64,000 nt of DNA from Elusimicrobia bacterium UBA6262 (GTDB lineage Bacteria > CAYTYR01 > UBA6262): assembly GCA_002441095.1 (NCBI GenBank), contig DJVG01000032.1, forward strand, positions 59 through 64,058, written 5' to 3'. The translations under genes and the position numbers were made by a program. Of this stretch, positions 9,646 to 19,652 are shown piece by piece. Every line of letters starts with the position of its first letter. The first letter of the stretch is position 1. The notes beneath the pieces were generated by a model that worked only from the letters and a program-made list of their open reading frames with translations, was not told the origin of the DNA and ran no database searches.

Positions 9646-11183
9646 TATACTATGGCTCTTAGCTCTTTCTTGGAAATTTTCCCGGTGGCGGTTTTAGGCA
9701 GGGCTTTCAAAAAACGTACCTGGCGGGGAACTTTATAACTAGCCAGATGAGTCCGGCAGTACTGGGTAATATCTTTAGCGGACAATAACATATTTTCTTT
9801 GGGCACAACAAAAGCCATAGGTATCTCACCATGATGTTCATCTTTCTTGCCGATCACGGCAACCTCTAATACCCGGGGATGGGAGAGAATAACATCCTCC
9901 ACTTCCCGCGAGTACACATTCATGCCATGCACCAGGATCATATCCTTTTTGCGGTCACAGATATAGATGTACCCGTCCTGGTTCATTCTGCCCATATCAC
10001 CGGTAAATAGCCAGCCACCCTTAAGAGTTTGGGCCGTCAGCTCCGGAGCATTGTAATATCCTTGCATGATATTAGGGCCTTGCACAGTGATTTCCCCTAC
10101 TTCATTGGCTTCTACTTCCCTGCCGGTTTCATCGACTATCGCCACCTTCACTCCCGGCAAAGGTTTGCCGACAGATCCAGGCCGGCGAACATCAGATAAG
10201 GGATTAATAGTTACTACGGGAGAAGCTTCTGATAAACCATATCCTTCTAATAAAGGTATCCTGAATCTTCTTTCAAATCCAGACTGGACTTCCGGAGGCA
10301 GGGGAGCCCCGCCGGAAACGCATAACCGCAACGGTAATATCCAGAGAAAGAAAAACGCCGGGATCTTGGCTTTTAGTAACAGTTTATAAACCAAAGGGAT
10401 GGATACAAACACGGTAATGCGGTCCACAACTAAACTTTTGAGCACCCGGTGGAAGGGCATCACTGATTCCAAAATAACGGTTTTTGCCCCGATAGAAAGC
10501 GGTAAAAGGATACAGACCGTAAAAGTAAAAGCATGGAACATAGGCAGGAACAGGATAAAACAATCGCTATCTTTAAGGGCGATCGCTTTGGCGCAACCGT
10601 GAATATTAGCGATCAGGTTATCATGAGTGAGCATGGCCCCTTTTGGCATCCCGGTAGTGCCTGAAGTATAAAGGATTACAGCCAAGTCATCTTTCCTGCC
10701 CGGCAGAACCGGCCAATTAATGGGCTGCTGTTTCGTCATTTCCAGCCAAGAGAGGATCCCCGGTTCCTTTTTACCGATACAAATAATATTGAGAGTGGAA
10801 GTATAAATATACTGGATCTTTTTTACAGCCGGCATGAATGTTTCCGCTGTGATCAATAGCTTAATTTGGCAATCATTAAAAATGTAACCTAATTCTGCTC
10901 CCGTCAGGAAAGTATTGAGGGGGACGACTACGGCACCTATTTCCAGACAGGCAAAATAAGCGACAACATATTCCGGACAGTTTTTCAGCAAGATACCAAC
11001 CCGTTCGCCTTTGGCCAAATGCGCGTATTGCTGCAGGTTAACAGCCAGCGAATTTACCTGCCGGTATAGTTGCTGGTAGGTAATATTTTTGCCTTGGTAT
11101 TTAAGCGCGGCCTTATTCGGGATCCTCAGGCTCGCTGACCTGACGATCTCTGGCAAGGTAGTCATGCAGTCCATCCTTTTCAT
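9645..11183 (-). CDS. AMP-dependent synthetase/ligase (long-chain fatty-acid--CoA ligase-like)
   Basis: YTSGTTGMPKGAMLTHDNL, GYGLSEASP, ...GKISKKELR. The exact start is uncertain because the ORF overlaps its upstream neighbour. Confidence 0.8.
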   Translation of the reverse strand: MKRMDCMTTLPEIVRSASLRIPNKAALKYQGKNITYQQLYRQVNSLAVNLQQYAHLAKGERVGILLKNCPEYVVAYFACLEIGAVVVPLNTFLTGAELGYIFNDCQIKLLITAETFMPAVKKIQYIYTSTLNIICIGKKEPGILSWLEMTKQQPINWPVLPGRKDDLAVILYTSGTTGMPKGAMLTHDNLIANIHGCAKAIALKDSDCFILFLPMFHAFTFTVCILLPLSIGAKTVILESVMPFHRVLKSLVVDRITVFVSIPLVYKLLLKAKIPAFFFLWILPLRLCVSGGAPLPPEVQSGFERRFRIPLLEGYGLSEASPVVTINPLSDVRRPGSVGKPLPGVKVAIVDETGREVEANEVGEITVQGPNIMQGYYNAPELTAQTLKGGWLFTGDMGRMNQDGYIYICDRKKDMILVHGMNVYSREVEDVILSHPRVLEVAVIGKKDEHHGEIPMAFVVPKENMLLSAKDITQYCRTHLASYKVPRQVRFLKALPKTATGKISKKELRAIV

Positions 11184-12318
11184 CCTGGCTTAGATCCTTG
11201 GCTGGATCAAAAGCCGTGATTTTCCCCTGATAATCTTTATAGGAATAAATTTCTCCAGATAATAAATAAATGGCTTTGGCGATCTGGCGGCGCACATTAG
11301 CCCGGAATTCAGTATTCAGCATTTCTATCAGCAACGGGATCGATCTGGGATCCCGGCCTTTGCCCAAGGCTTCTACCGCTATTTGCCGGATGGTCTCACG
11401 CGGGTCTTTCAATTTTTGCACGATCAAGTCCCGGGCTTGTCTATCTTCAATATTAGCTAAAGCCTGGAGCGCCCAGGCACTAATATTTTCCTCCTGCTTA
11501 ACCAGCAGTAATGGTACTAAATAAGGGATAGCTTTGGTACTTTTAGTCATCCCTAAAGCATAGATTATTTCTGGCCAGCGGCTCTGGTCCAGGCTGGTTA
11601 ATAAAGAGGACAAAGCGGGGATGGCTGCTTCCCCGATCAGGCCCAGTGACTTGACCGCTTCCGTATTATTCGGATTTGTTTCCTGCAGAGCAATGCCCCG
11701 CAAGAACGAAATCGCCCTGTGATCCCGGTGCAAACTCAATATCTGCATCGCCGCCTGTTGCTGCTGAGCATCATCACGGTTCCGTAAATTATTTATATAT
11801 ACATCCAGGGCTTCAGTGGCTAAAGGTACTATTTCCACCTCCACCTGCTTGCTGGCTATCTCTCCTGTCCATAATTCTTGGTCGCCATCCCGGTTATACC
11901 GTTGATTATGATAAAGGCCGATTATCGTGTAGGTGCCAGGCCCCAACCGGTTATACATCTCTTCAACAGTCACATAGTGCTCAAATACTTCTCCGGGATT
12001 GATCACGGTAATCTCTTCCGCAGTAGGTTGTTTACGGAATACATATTGCCCAACCGGCATGATCCTGTTTTGTTTTTTATCATATATCTTTAACGCATAA
12101 AGCCAACGCGATCCATTCGGCCAGGAAAGATTGTTTAAATTAACCGGTTGCTTACTGATATTCTTGATCATAAATTGGATCTGTACCAGCTCAAAAACAG
12201 CATAACGTTTTTTGACTGGTTTAATCGTAAGTCTTAATATTTCCGTAGCGCCAAAAACAGTCAGCGGTAAAAGCCAGATCATTAAGCAAAAAAAGGCCAG
12301 CCAAATCTTCTTTTTCAA
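11113..12318 (-). CDS. Secreted HEAT/PBS-lyase-like repeat protein
   Basis: Signal peptide MKKKIWLAFFCLMIWLLPLTVFG; C-terminal HEAT repeats (ALGMTKSTKAIPYLVPLL, EALGKGRDPRSIPLLIEML). Confidence 0.6.
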   Translation of the reverse strand: MKKKIWLAFFCLMIWLLPLTVFGATEILRLTIKPVKKRYAVFELVQIQFMIKNISKQPVNLNNLSWPNGSRWLYALKIYDKKQNRIMPVGQYVFRKQPTAEEITVINPGEVFEHYVTVEEMYNRLGPGTYTIIGLYHNQRYNRDGDQELWTGEIASKQVEVEIVPLATEALDVYINNLRNRDDAQQQQAAMQILSLHRDHRAISFLRGIALQETNPNNTEAVKSLGLIGEAAIPALSSLLTSLDQSRWPEIIYALGMTKSTKAIPYLVPLLLVKQEENISAWALQALANIEDRQARDLIVQKLKDPRETIRQIAVEALGKGRDPRSIPLLIEMLNTEFRANVRRQIAKAIYLLSGEIYSYKDYQGKITAFDPAKDLSQDEKDGLHDYLARDRQVSEPEDPE

Positions 12319-12359
12319 AAAAATCCTCGCTTTCTTTCCTGTTCTTTAATCTTCTTTAG

Positions 12360-13808
12360 TTAACCCTGAGCATAAAAATATTTTGTAATGTCCACATTAT
12401 AGGCTTGCGGCGCTAAGGCTTCGATAATAGAATACTTAAATGTTTTTGTCCCGCGGTCAATGTCTTCCAGGCTCACAATGACCGGATCGCGGCCAGCTGT
12501 TTGCTGGTTGACCAAAATTACTTTCGGGCGCAGGATATTATTCAAATTGTTAGCATATACCACGGCCAAGGCATTATTGTCAAGCCTAACTAAGCTCCCG
12601 ACTGGGTAAATGCCCATCAATTGCACAAAGGCTTTAGCCAGGACCGGATCAAAAAGGCTTCCTTTTTTACTGATAATTAAACCGATGATACTGGCCGGCA
12701 GGGCCGGAGCATGGTAGACCCGCAGGCTGGTGGCGGCATCATAGACATCACAAATAGTGACCAGGCGGGCCAGCAGGCTTGTTTCCTTGAGCTTTACCGG
12801 TTTAGGATAACCGCTTAGATCATAGTGCATATGGTGCTCCAAAGCTACTGCCAAGCTCAGTTCGCTAATGCCGGTTATCTGGCTCAGCACTTCCGCCCCT
12901 TCGGTACTATGGCTTTCCATTACTTCCCACTCGGCCGGTGTTAGTTTGCCCTGTTTATTGAGGATTTCTTTGGGAATGCGTACCTTCCCGACATCATGCA
13001 GCATAGCCGCTTCTCCCAGTAAACGCAATTGCTCTAAATCCAGTCCCAGCAGCTTACCGAGATACAGGGATAAGATCGCCACATTCACGGAATGGTTAAA
13101 AGTATACTCATCAAAATTTTTCATCGTGGTTAAGCCCAAAAGATATTTATTATTGTTATCAATAGCGCTGGCAATATCAGCAACCACTTGATGCACATTA
13201 TTTAAAGCAAATCCCTGGGTATTTTCCACCTTGTGCATGATTTGCTTGATCACATCAATACTGCCAAAAAAACTGCCCTGGGCTTTATTCCGGGCCGCGG
13301 CATCAAACTTCATCTCTTCGCGTCTGCCATCTTCCTGACTGGCGGCATCTTCTGCCTTGAGCAATGCGCCAAGCTGGATATTGGTGATGTTTTTTTCTCT
13401 CATTTTGCCAGACAGCAAGGCGGAATCAGAGTTGTCCACGGCCTCCCGGCCCAGGAGCTGCATAAAAGAGGCCAATTCAGCGCTGGTCACGGCAGCCAGA
13501 AAGGTTAGACTATTAATCTTCCGTTTTTCAAATTCTGAGATAAACTGGCGCAGGCTCAGCGTATCTTCCACCAAAGCCAGATGGCCAAAGTATAATTCAT
13601 TTTCCACTATGCTAAAGGTGGCTTCAGGCCGGTATTTAAACAGTTCAGCCAGGGTTTCCTGTACCAACTCCAGGGAATTGATAAAATAGGGGTGATCTGC
13701 CGGATAGATCTGCGCACTTTTAATAGCCGCCGGGATTTGCTTGAGCAGCCGGCGCGCAATAGAGCGCAGGTTTTGATTTGTAAAAAAAGAAATATTTTTA
13801 TCGATCAT
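12360..13808 (-). CDS. HD-GYP domain cyclic-di-GMP phosphodiesterase with conserved N-terminal domain
   Basis: HDVGKVRIPKEILNKQGKLTPAEWEVMESHS...HHMHYDLSGYP. ATG at 13808 lies 5 nt after the upstream gene's stop. Confidence 0.85.
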   Translation of the reverse strand: MIDKNISFFTNQNLRSIARRLLKQIPAAIKSAQIYPADHPYFINSLELVQETLAELFKYRPEATFSIVENELYFGHLALVEDTLSLRQFISEFEKRKINSLTFLAAVTSAELASFMQLLGREAVDNSDSALLSGKMREKNITNIQLGALLKAEDAASQEDGRREEMKFDAAARNKAQGSFFGSIDVIKQIMHKVENTQGFALNNVHQVVADIASAIDNNNKYLLGLTTMKNFDEYTFNHSVNVAILSLYLGKLLGLDLEQLRLLGEAAMLHDVGKVRIPKEILNKQGKLTPAEWEVMESHSTEGAEVLSQITGISELSLAVALEHHMHYDLSGYPKPVKLKETSLLARLVTICDVYDAATSLRVYHAPALPASIIGLIISKKGSLFDPVLAKAFVQLMGIYPVGSLVRLDNNALAVVYANNLNNILRPKVILVNQQTAGRDPVIVSLEDIDRGTKTFKYSIIEALAPQAYNVDITKYFYAQG

Positions 13809-15948
13809 CTTTTTTCTTACCTTTGATCTGCTCCAGAGCTTTTTCCGCTTCCGGCAGCAAGGTTTTCCTGGGCCCGATAAAACCAACCCACTTCCCCCGG
13901 ACTAGTTTTTCTAAAAAAGGTGCCGCTTCCTGGGCTTTTAACAAACCCAGCGATTCTAAAGCCTCTCGTTTCAGATTTAAGCGCCAACCGAAGGGATCGA
14001 ATTTTTTCACGATCTGCAAAAGAACCGGGATCGCCCGCTGGTCATGTATATTGCCCAGCCATTCAATCGCCACAATTTTAACTTGTTCGTCTTTATCACT
14101 GAGCCCTTTCAATAAGTAATCAAAGACCCTGGGATTACTGCTTAATCCCAGGCTTTTGATCACTTCCACCCGGACCCGGGCATTGTCATGTTTTAATAAA
14201 TCGCCTAACCGGCTGAGGCTGCGGTCGTCATTGATAAGTCCTAAAATAAGCACAATATTACGCACCAGATGCCAGTTCGGATCAGCTAATTTATTCCATA
14301 AATATTCCAGATTATCTTTACTAATTTCACTGATCACCTGACATAATAATCTCCGGACCGCCAGCATTTCCTCTTCTCCCAGCAATTCTATCAGGAAGGG
14401 AGTACTGTCCCCCGGCAATATGGTCAGGTACTTCTGGATCTGCACATACGCGGCATCATCCTTTTCTATATTCTTGACCGTATCAACCAGCTTTTGGACT
14501 ACTTCCCTGGTTCCCAGGTTAATTAATAATTGCCGGCCTGACTTCCGGCTCTCAGCAGAGACAGCAGGATCTTCCGTTAAATCCTTTACTGCCAGCAAAT
14601 ACTTTACCGCCCAATCAATAATATTATTATCCAGATATATCCTGACCCGATTTTCATAAGTTTGAGCCAATATTTTATTTTTCTCCGGATTATGCTCTAT
14701 CCTTAGTAATTCTGTCATTACCTGCAGGAAGGCCTCTTCTCTTTCAGCCGGGGTATTGATCTGGGCAAGTTTAACGATTTCGTTAAGTTCCTGTTCTGTA
14801 TAATGGCTTAAGTCCGCTAATATAGTATTAATGTCCGGCGGGACCTGATATTGTATTTCCGTAATTTCAGCCGGACTAAGAGCTACCTGTTGCTGCGGCT
14901 TGGATAATGCTGCTTTCTCGGCAAGTTCCAGGTGATCGGCAATTTTTAATTCCCTGAAAAGTGAGCTCTTGCCCTGGTTACTCAGCGGCAAACCATTAAC
15001 CAGCGCCGTTATTTCTGCCTGGCTGGTACCTGTATTCATATGCTCCTGTAACAGCGGGACCAGGGCTTTGGCTGGTATTTCTGCCAGGATCTGGCTATAA
15101 GCCGGATCACTTTTAGCGCCGGCAGAAATATGTTCCAGCAGAGCTTTCTTAATACCCGGCTCAAAAGCCCCGAGACACTGGGCTAATTGCTGATAAAGAT
15201 TCTTCTGCTGGTCGATAGGTTGCTGCTGCACCAGGGATATCAGCTTGCCAAAAGCTTTTATGATATACTCTTTTTCGGATTCTCTTCCCTGATCGCTGCC
15301 TTCGGCACGGGACAAAGCCTGCAGCATGCCAGCCAGGCGGCCCGGTTTGGACATTAGCGTCCCGAGCAGGTGAAAGGCTGCGCGAGATGGAGTTTTCTCC
15401 TGGCCGCCCAAAAAATCAGCGAGCAGGATCACGGCACTCAAATTATCATTGGGCCCCGCGTTCTGTTCCTGGGATTCGCCAGATTCGCTAATACGAAATA
15501 TTTCCTGCCGCAAGGTTTCATTGATCTTGATCGAGGTAAACTGCGCCGCTTCCCAAAAGGTTTCTCCCCCTTCTTTGTCCACGATCTGCGCAGGATCAGT
15601 ATTAAGGAACTGCAGGAACTTGATCAACTCGTCATCGGCTAAGCCCTGGTTAAAAATCAGCTCCCTGATGCCCAGGCGGTAGATATGCATAGACAGGTTC
15701 TCCAACACTTCATCACCCTTATTGACCAGCTGGCCGCTGACAAAAATATACTGCCTTTTCAGGCGTAAACGCAAAGTATCAAAAGTAGTAAAAAACTGGT
15801 TTATGGCCTGCTTAAGCTTATCGATCGAACTTACCAGGAGCGGATGTTGCAGGGGATATAAACGGAATGATTTTAGCGTGGCTTGCAGGTTCAATAAGAG
15901 GTCACTGATCAGCTCGATAGGTACCGGAGACTTATTAGGCTGGCTCAT
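13798..15948 (-). CDS. Large protein with an N-terminal domain homologous to the adjacent HD-GYP N-terminus and C-terminal HEAT repeats
   Basis: Start taken at the MSQPNKSP ATG (15948). N-terminus LYPLQHPLLVSSIDKLKQAINQFF aligns with HD-GYP IYPADHPYFINSLELVQETLAELF. C-terminal HEAT repeats (ARVRVEVIKSLGL..DEQVKIVAIEWLGNI). Confidence 0.6.
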   Translation of the reverse strand: MSQPNKSPVPIELISDLLLNLQATLKSFRLYPLQHPLLVSSIDKLKQAINQFFTTFDTLRLRLKRQYIFVSGQLVNKGDEVLENLSMHIYRLGIRELIFNQGLADDELIKFLQFLNTDPAQIVDKEGGETFWEAAQFTSIKINETLRQEIFRISESGESQEQNAGPNDNLSAVILLADFLGGQEKTPSRAAFHLLGTLMSKPGRLAGMLQALSRAEGSDQGRESEKEYIIKAFGKLISLVQQQPIDQQKNLYQQLAQCLGAFEPGIKKALLEHISAGAKSDPAYSQILAEIPAKALVPLLQEHMNTGTSQAEITALVNGLPLSNQGKSSLFRELKIADHLELAEKAALSKPQQQVALSPAEITEIQYQVPPDINTILADLSHYTEQELNEIVKLAQINTPAEREEAFLQVMTELLRIEHNPEKNKILAQTYENRVRIYLDNNIIDWAVKYLLAVKDLTEDPAVSAESRKSGRQLLINLGTREVVQKLVDTVKNIEKDDAAYVQIQKYLTILPGDSTPFLIELLGEEEMLAVRRLLCQVISEISKDNLEYLWNKLADPNWHLVRNIVLILGLINDDRSLSRLGDLLKHDNARVRVEVIKSLGLSSNPRVFDYLLKGLSDKDEQVKIVAIEWLGNIHDQRAIPVLLQIVKKFDPFGWRLNLKREALESLGLLKAQEAAPFLEKLVRGKWVGFIGPRKTLLPEAEKALEQIKGKKKDDR

Positions 15949-15991
15949 ATTTAGTGTCCTGCTCCTCGAGCACGCAAGCATAACCGGATAT

Positions 15992-17809
15992 TTATTTGAA
16001 CAATAACATATCCAGGGCGGCATGCAGCTTCGGCGGGAATGTCTTGTATAGTTGCTTATACATTTCTGTATACACAAATTCTTTTTCCGGCAGGTCTTTC
16101 ATGGTATGTTTGATGCTATCCAGACACAGGCAAACCGCTTTGCAGCATTCGCCAAGATGGGACACCAGGTCCTTGATATTTTTGCCGGACCGGTTCAGGT
16201 TTTGGGCATTTCTCAGGGCAAATGAGGCCTTGTCTTTCCAGGTCGCTGCCCCGCTTAAATAGGTATCAGCCAGAGGATAGGAAACCATCTTAGTTTGTTC
16301 CATTTTTTTAATATTCGATTGTAACAGCAAAATCCTCTGCCCCAGCAGGATTTCCAGGGTAGCATCCAAACCGGTTAAGGTTTCATCAGAAATACGCTGG
16401 AACCGGGCCGGATCAAGATTAGCCACGGACATGCGCCGTAAAATAAAATAGGCATGCAGGAAGACTTCCCGTAATGGATCTTCTTCCAGAGTAGGGGTCC
16501 AGTTACTGGCCCTTTTGATCAGCCGCAAATGCATAGCATACTGTTCTTCGATATCCACCGTCATTAAATTCTGCTGCAGCATCTCCCGGACTTTTAGCTT
16601 GCAAGTGCCTTTATGGCCATAGGAATTATACAAGGAATGAATAATAGTGGTCACCTGCCGTCCTGGTTCCCAGAAGATAAAAGGCCACCTTTTCCAAAGT
16701 TTCTCTCCTACTTTATAACCATTGTATTCGGCTACGCCGAGTGGCGGATACTGCCCGTCAATATTGACGATCACCCGGTTCTCCGGGAACCAGCTGATCT
16801 CATCAAACCTGATCTTAGGAAATGTTGCTTTCTGTTTTTCCTCCAGGATGGTGTCCGGCGTAACGAACCGGAGCTGGGCTATATTATCAGACAGCACATT
16901 CATCCAGGCGGCACCGATAATACCCAATGCCCATTCACCAAAATTCAACATATCCAGTTTCTGCATGGAAAAGATCACGCCATTATCAGGGGCTTCCTTA
17001 ACCACTTGCCGCAATATTTCCGTATATTCATCAATCGCCTCCTGGAGGCTGAGCGGATATTTCAGATACTGGCCGGTGGTGTACTCTTCGGTAAAAACCG
17101 GGTATTCGCCAAGCAGATACCCCTGCTGTGCTGCCCATTTCGGTTTTAACCTGGTCAATACTTGCCATAATCCTTCTGAAGCCTTATGGTTACGGGGAAA
17201 AACTACCACGCCATTTTCAAATTGCAGCGGCGTAAATTCTACGGAACCCGGAGGAGTCACGGTAAAATTAAAGAACTGACCTTCCAAATGCGGCGCCAGG
17301 ACATATTCTAACCCAGCCTGCGCAAAAGCATTGGTTTTCTTGCCGTCTATGGAACACTCCGGCGGAAAGACTCCTTTATGCTTGATGTAGCGGGCCAGGG
17401 TAACTTCCAGTATATCCTCAATAAATTCAGTGTTCATGCGCACTTCATCAGCCACTTCTTCAGAACTAGTAAAGAGGATATGCGCTTCATAGGCAAAATT
17501 CAGAATGGGATAAATAGAACGGTCCTGGTAAGCTTCGCGCAGTTTAGTAAAGGTTTCGGGGGCGACATTGCGCAGCTGGAGCAGTATCTCATTGGAGGCC
17601 GCCAGGCAGATAGGGATATTTAAGTTCTTGGAAAGCTGGATCAAGGCCAGAAAAGTGTCCCGCACTAACGGTCCATTCTTCGCCAATACATTATCAAAAG
17701 GAAGCAATTTCCTGATATCAGGATCTACCGCTTCCTGTAAGATCTGATTGCCTATTTCCTTGCTTGCTTCGTGGGCATGAAATCCCAGCACAACGTAGAC
17801 ATTTTTCAT
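15992..17809 (-). CDS. Glycoside hydrolase family 57-like protein (weak assignment)
   Basis: N-terminal VVLGFHAHE and IYPILNFAYEAHILF resemble the GH57 HxHQP and YHPILPLL regions. Family assignment is from memory and unverified. Confidence 0.35.
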   Translation of the reverse strand: MKNVYVVLGFHAHEASKEIGNQILQEAVDPDIRKLLPFDNVLAKNGPLVRDTFLALIQLSKNLNIPICLAASNEILLQLRNVAPETFTKLREAYQDRSIYPILNFAYEAHILFTSSEEVADEVRMNTEFIEDILEVTLARYIKHKGVFPPECSIDGKKTNAFAQAGLEYVLAPHLEGQFFNFTVTPPGSVEFTPLQFENGVVVFPRNHKASEGLWQVLTRLKPKWAAQQGYLLGEYPVFTEEYTTGQYLKYPLSLQEAIDEYTEILRQVVKEAPDNGVIFSMQKLDMLNFGEWALGIIGAAWMNVLSDNIAQLRFVTPDTILEEKQKATFPKIRFDEISWFPENRVIVNIDGQYPPLGVAEYNGYKVGEKLWKRWPFIFWEPGRQVTTIIHSLYNSYGHKGTCKLKVREMLQQNLMTVDIEEQYAMHLRLIKRASNWTPTLEEDPLREVFLHAYFILRRMSVANLDPARFQRISDETLTGLDATLEILLGQRILLLQSNIKKMEQTKMVSYPLADTYLSGAATWKDKASFALRNAQNLNRSGKNIKDLVSHLGECCKAVCLCLDSIKHTMKDLPEKEFVYTEMYKQLYKTFPPKLHAALDMLLFK

Positions 17810-17850
17810 AATACATTTATTTTACAACGATATGCGATTTTTTGCAAGAG
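17810..17850 (-). promoter_or_regulatory. Putative promoter (TTGCAA-17-TAAAAT) ending 9 nt before the start codon of the GH57-like gene; possible leaderless transcript
   Basis: Minus-strand sequence cTTGCAAaaaatcgcatatcgttgTAAAATaaatgtattATG, with no SD sequence. Confidence 0.35.
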
Positions 17851-17871
17851 TTTTAAAGGGTCCTACCTAAC

Positions 17872-17927
17872 AAAAAAAATCTGCTCCCTTAAGGAGGAAA
17901 GCCACGGAGAGACCTCCCGGGAGCAGA
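17872..17927 (-). terminator. Rho-independent terminator after the GAF histidine kinase gene
   Basis: Minus-strand RNA forms stem TCTGCTCCC / GGGAGCAGA (9 bp, with internal GGAGG/CCTCC pairing) followed by an 8-U run (A8 on the plus strand at 17872-17879). Confidence 0.65.
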
Positions 17928-17993
17928 TAATTAAGCATATTTGATTTTCACAATGTAACAATATCATATAAACTGTATTTTGTCAAGCTAAAT

Positions 17994-19652
17994 TTAGTGT
18001 GCCTTTTGCTCGAGATCCTCTGCGGCGATGGGCAAGGTGAAAGTAAAGGTAGACCCTTCCCCTACTTTGGAGCTGACCTCTACGCTGGAATTATGTTCTT
18101 CCAAAATACCTTTCACCAGGGACAATCCGATACCCATACCGCCATGCTTACGGGCAGTGCTCCCGTCCACCTGGTAGAATTTCTCAAATATTCTGTCTGT
18201 TTCTTCCCCGGATATGCCAATGCCTGTATCCGTGATCTCGATCTTAGCCAGGTCGTCCTGGCGCAGTACTTTCAGCGCAACATAACCTTCCAGCGTGAAC
18301 TTGACCGCATTATGCAATAAGCTGTTTAATACTTTTTCAATTTGCTCCGGGTCTCCGTTCACGGCCGGCAGGCTCTCCGGCAGAAAACGATAAAATTTCA
18401 ATCCCTTTTCTTCGGCTTCATCTTCGATCTTGTCAGCGCACAGCTGGATCACTTTTACCAGGTCAAAGGGCTGTAACCCACTCTTCAGTTCTTTCTGCTC
18501 CACCAGGGCAAAATCCACTAATTGATTGACCCGGCTGACAACAGCATTGACATTTTCCTTGACGATCTTCAGGATTTTCAGCTGCTCTTCGGGCAGGCTG
18601 CCCAGGGTGCCGTCTACCAGGGCGTCCACGTATCCCTTGACCGGGGTCAGCGGGGTCCGTAATTCATGAGTGATGTTAGCCACAAAATTGGCTTTCAGTT
18701 TATCCAGTATTTTTAATTCTTCATACCGGGTTTGCAGTTCATTATAAAGCCGCACGTTTTCCACCGCCAGGCCGGCAGTGTTGGCAAAGGTAGCCAGATT
18801 CCCTACCTGCTCGTCATGGATCGGGTGAGAACTGAAATAATTATCCGCAGAGAACATACCGATCACTTTATTGCTGGTCCTGATCGGCACCAGGCAAAAC
18901 GCCTTGGTCTTGGTTTCGTTCATGAACTGCCGGTTACAGCGGACATCATGGGCGGGATCAACCACATTATAGGCACGGTTATGCCTGACCACATCACTGA
19001 GAATGTCGGTACCGTACAACGGTACCCTTCTTTTTTGTATTTCCCTTTCACTGATAAAATCAGTCATGCCTACACTCAAGCACCCCTCGATCACCTGTTC
19101 GTCCGCATTAACCAGATAGAGCACGCCGCGTTCAAAGCCCAAGCCCTTAATACCGGCAGACAAGGCAATACGGAGTATTTTTTCTTCGTCCAACCGCTTA
19201 GAAGAGGCCTCACTTAGTTCATGCAAGGCGGCGATATGGTCAATTTTCTGTTGCAGTTTATCCATATTTTGTTTTAGCTCAGTAGTCATTTCATTAAGAG
19301 TATTGGCGATCTTACGGATCTCATCATGCGATTTGATCTCAATTAATGGTTCCGGGATGCCTTGCTTAATGAGCTGTATGTTCCGCAACAGGTCATATAA
19401 AGGCTTGAGGATCATCCGGGTCACAATAAACATCCCGATCACGCTGATACTGGAGATGGCCAGGATAGACGCTGTTACCAGCAGTTTTACCGGTACAGCC
19501 GGATACAGATTGCCAATCGATAAGAAAATAAAGCTTTTGGCAATATCATAGTTCAGGATACCCATTAAGACTAAAGCTGTGACTAATACCGGACTAAGGC
19601 CAAAGACGATCTTTTCAAACAAAGATTTTAACCTAAAAATCTTTTTTGCCAT
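17994..19652 (-). CDS. Sensor histidine kinase with TM/HAMP, GAF, HisKA and HATPase_c domains, orphan
   Basis: Start taken at MAKKIFRLK (ATG 19652). H-box ANITHELRTPLTPVKGYVDAL; HATPase G-boxes. Overlaps the upstream gene's stop by 20 bp. Confidence 0.8.
   Translation of the reverse strand: MAKKIFRLKSLFEKIVFGLSPVLVTALVLMGILNYDIAKSFIFLSIGNLYPAVPVKLLVTASILAISSISVIGMFIVTRMILKPLYDLLRNIQLIKQGIPEPLIEIKSHDEIRKIANTLNEMTTELKQNMDKLQQKIDHIAALHELSEASSKRLDEEKILRIALSAGIKGLGFERGVLYLVNADEQVIEGCLSVGMTDFISEREIQKRRVPLYGTDILSDVVRHNRAYNVVDPAHDVRCNRQFMNETKTKAFCLVPIRTSNKVIGMFSADNYFSSHPIHDEQVGNLATFANTAGLAVENVRLYNELQTRYEELKILDKLKANFVANITHELRTPLTPVKGYVDALVDGTLGSLPEEQLKILKIVKENVNAVVSRVNQLVDFALVEQKELKSGLQPFDLVKVIQLCADKIEDEAEEKGLKFYRFLPESLPAVNGDPEQIEKVLNSLLHNAVKFTLEGYVALKVLRQDDLAKIEITDTGIGISGEETDRIFEKFYQVDGSTARKHGGMGIGLSLVKGILEEHNSSVEVSSKVGEGSTFTFTLPIAAEDLEQKAH

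Noticed and set aside
13809-16077. N-terminal extensions of several ORFs in the six-frame track (HD-GYP to 13886, large HEAT protein to 16077, GAF-HK to 19736, M23 to 22682, LigD-PE to 33188, lipoprotein to 40847, LarA-like to 59731, glmS to 62425)
   Set aside because: The extensions overlap upstream genes, lack SD sequences, and do not match the conserved protein families. Internal starts with proper SDs and family-typical N-termini were chosen instead.
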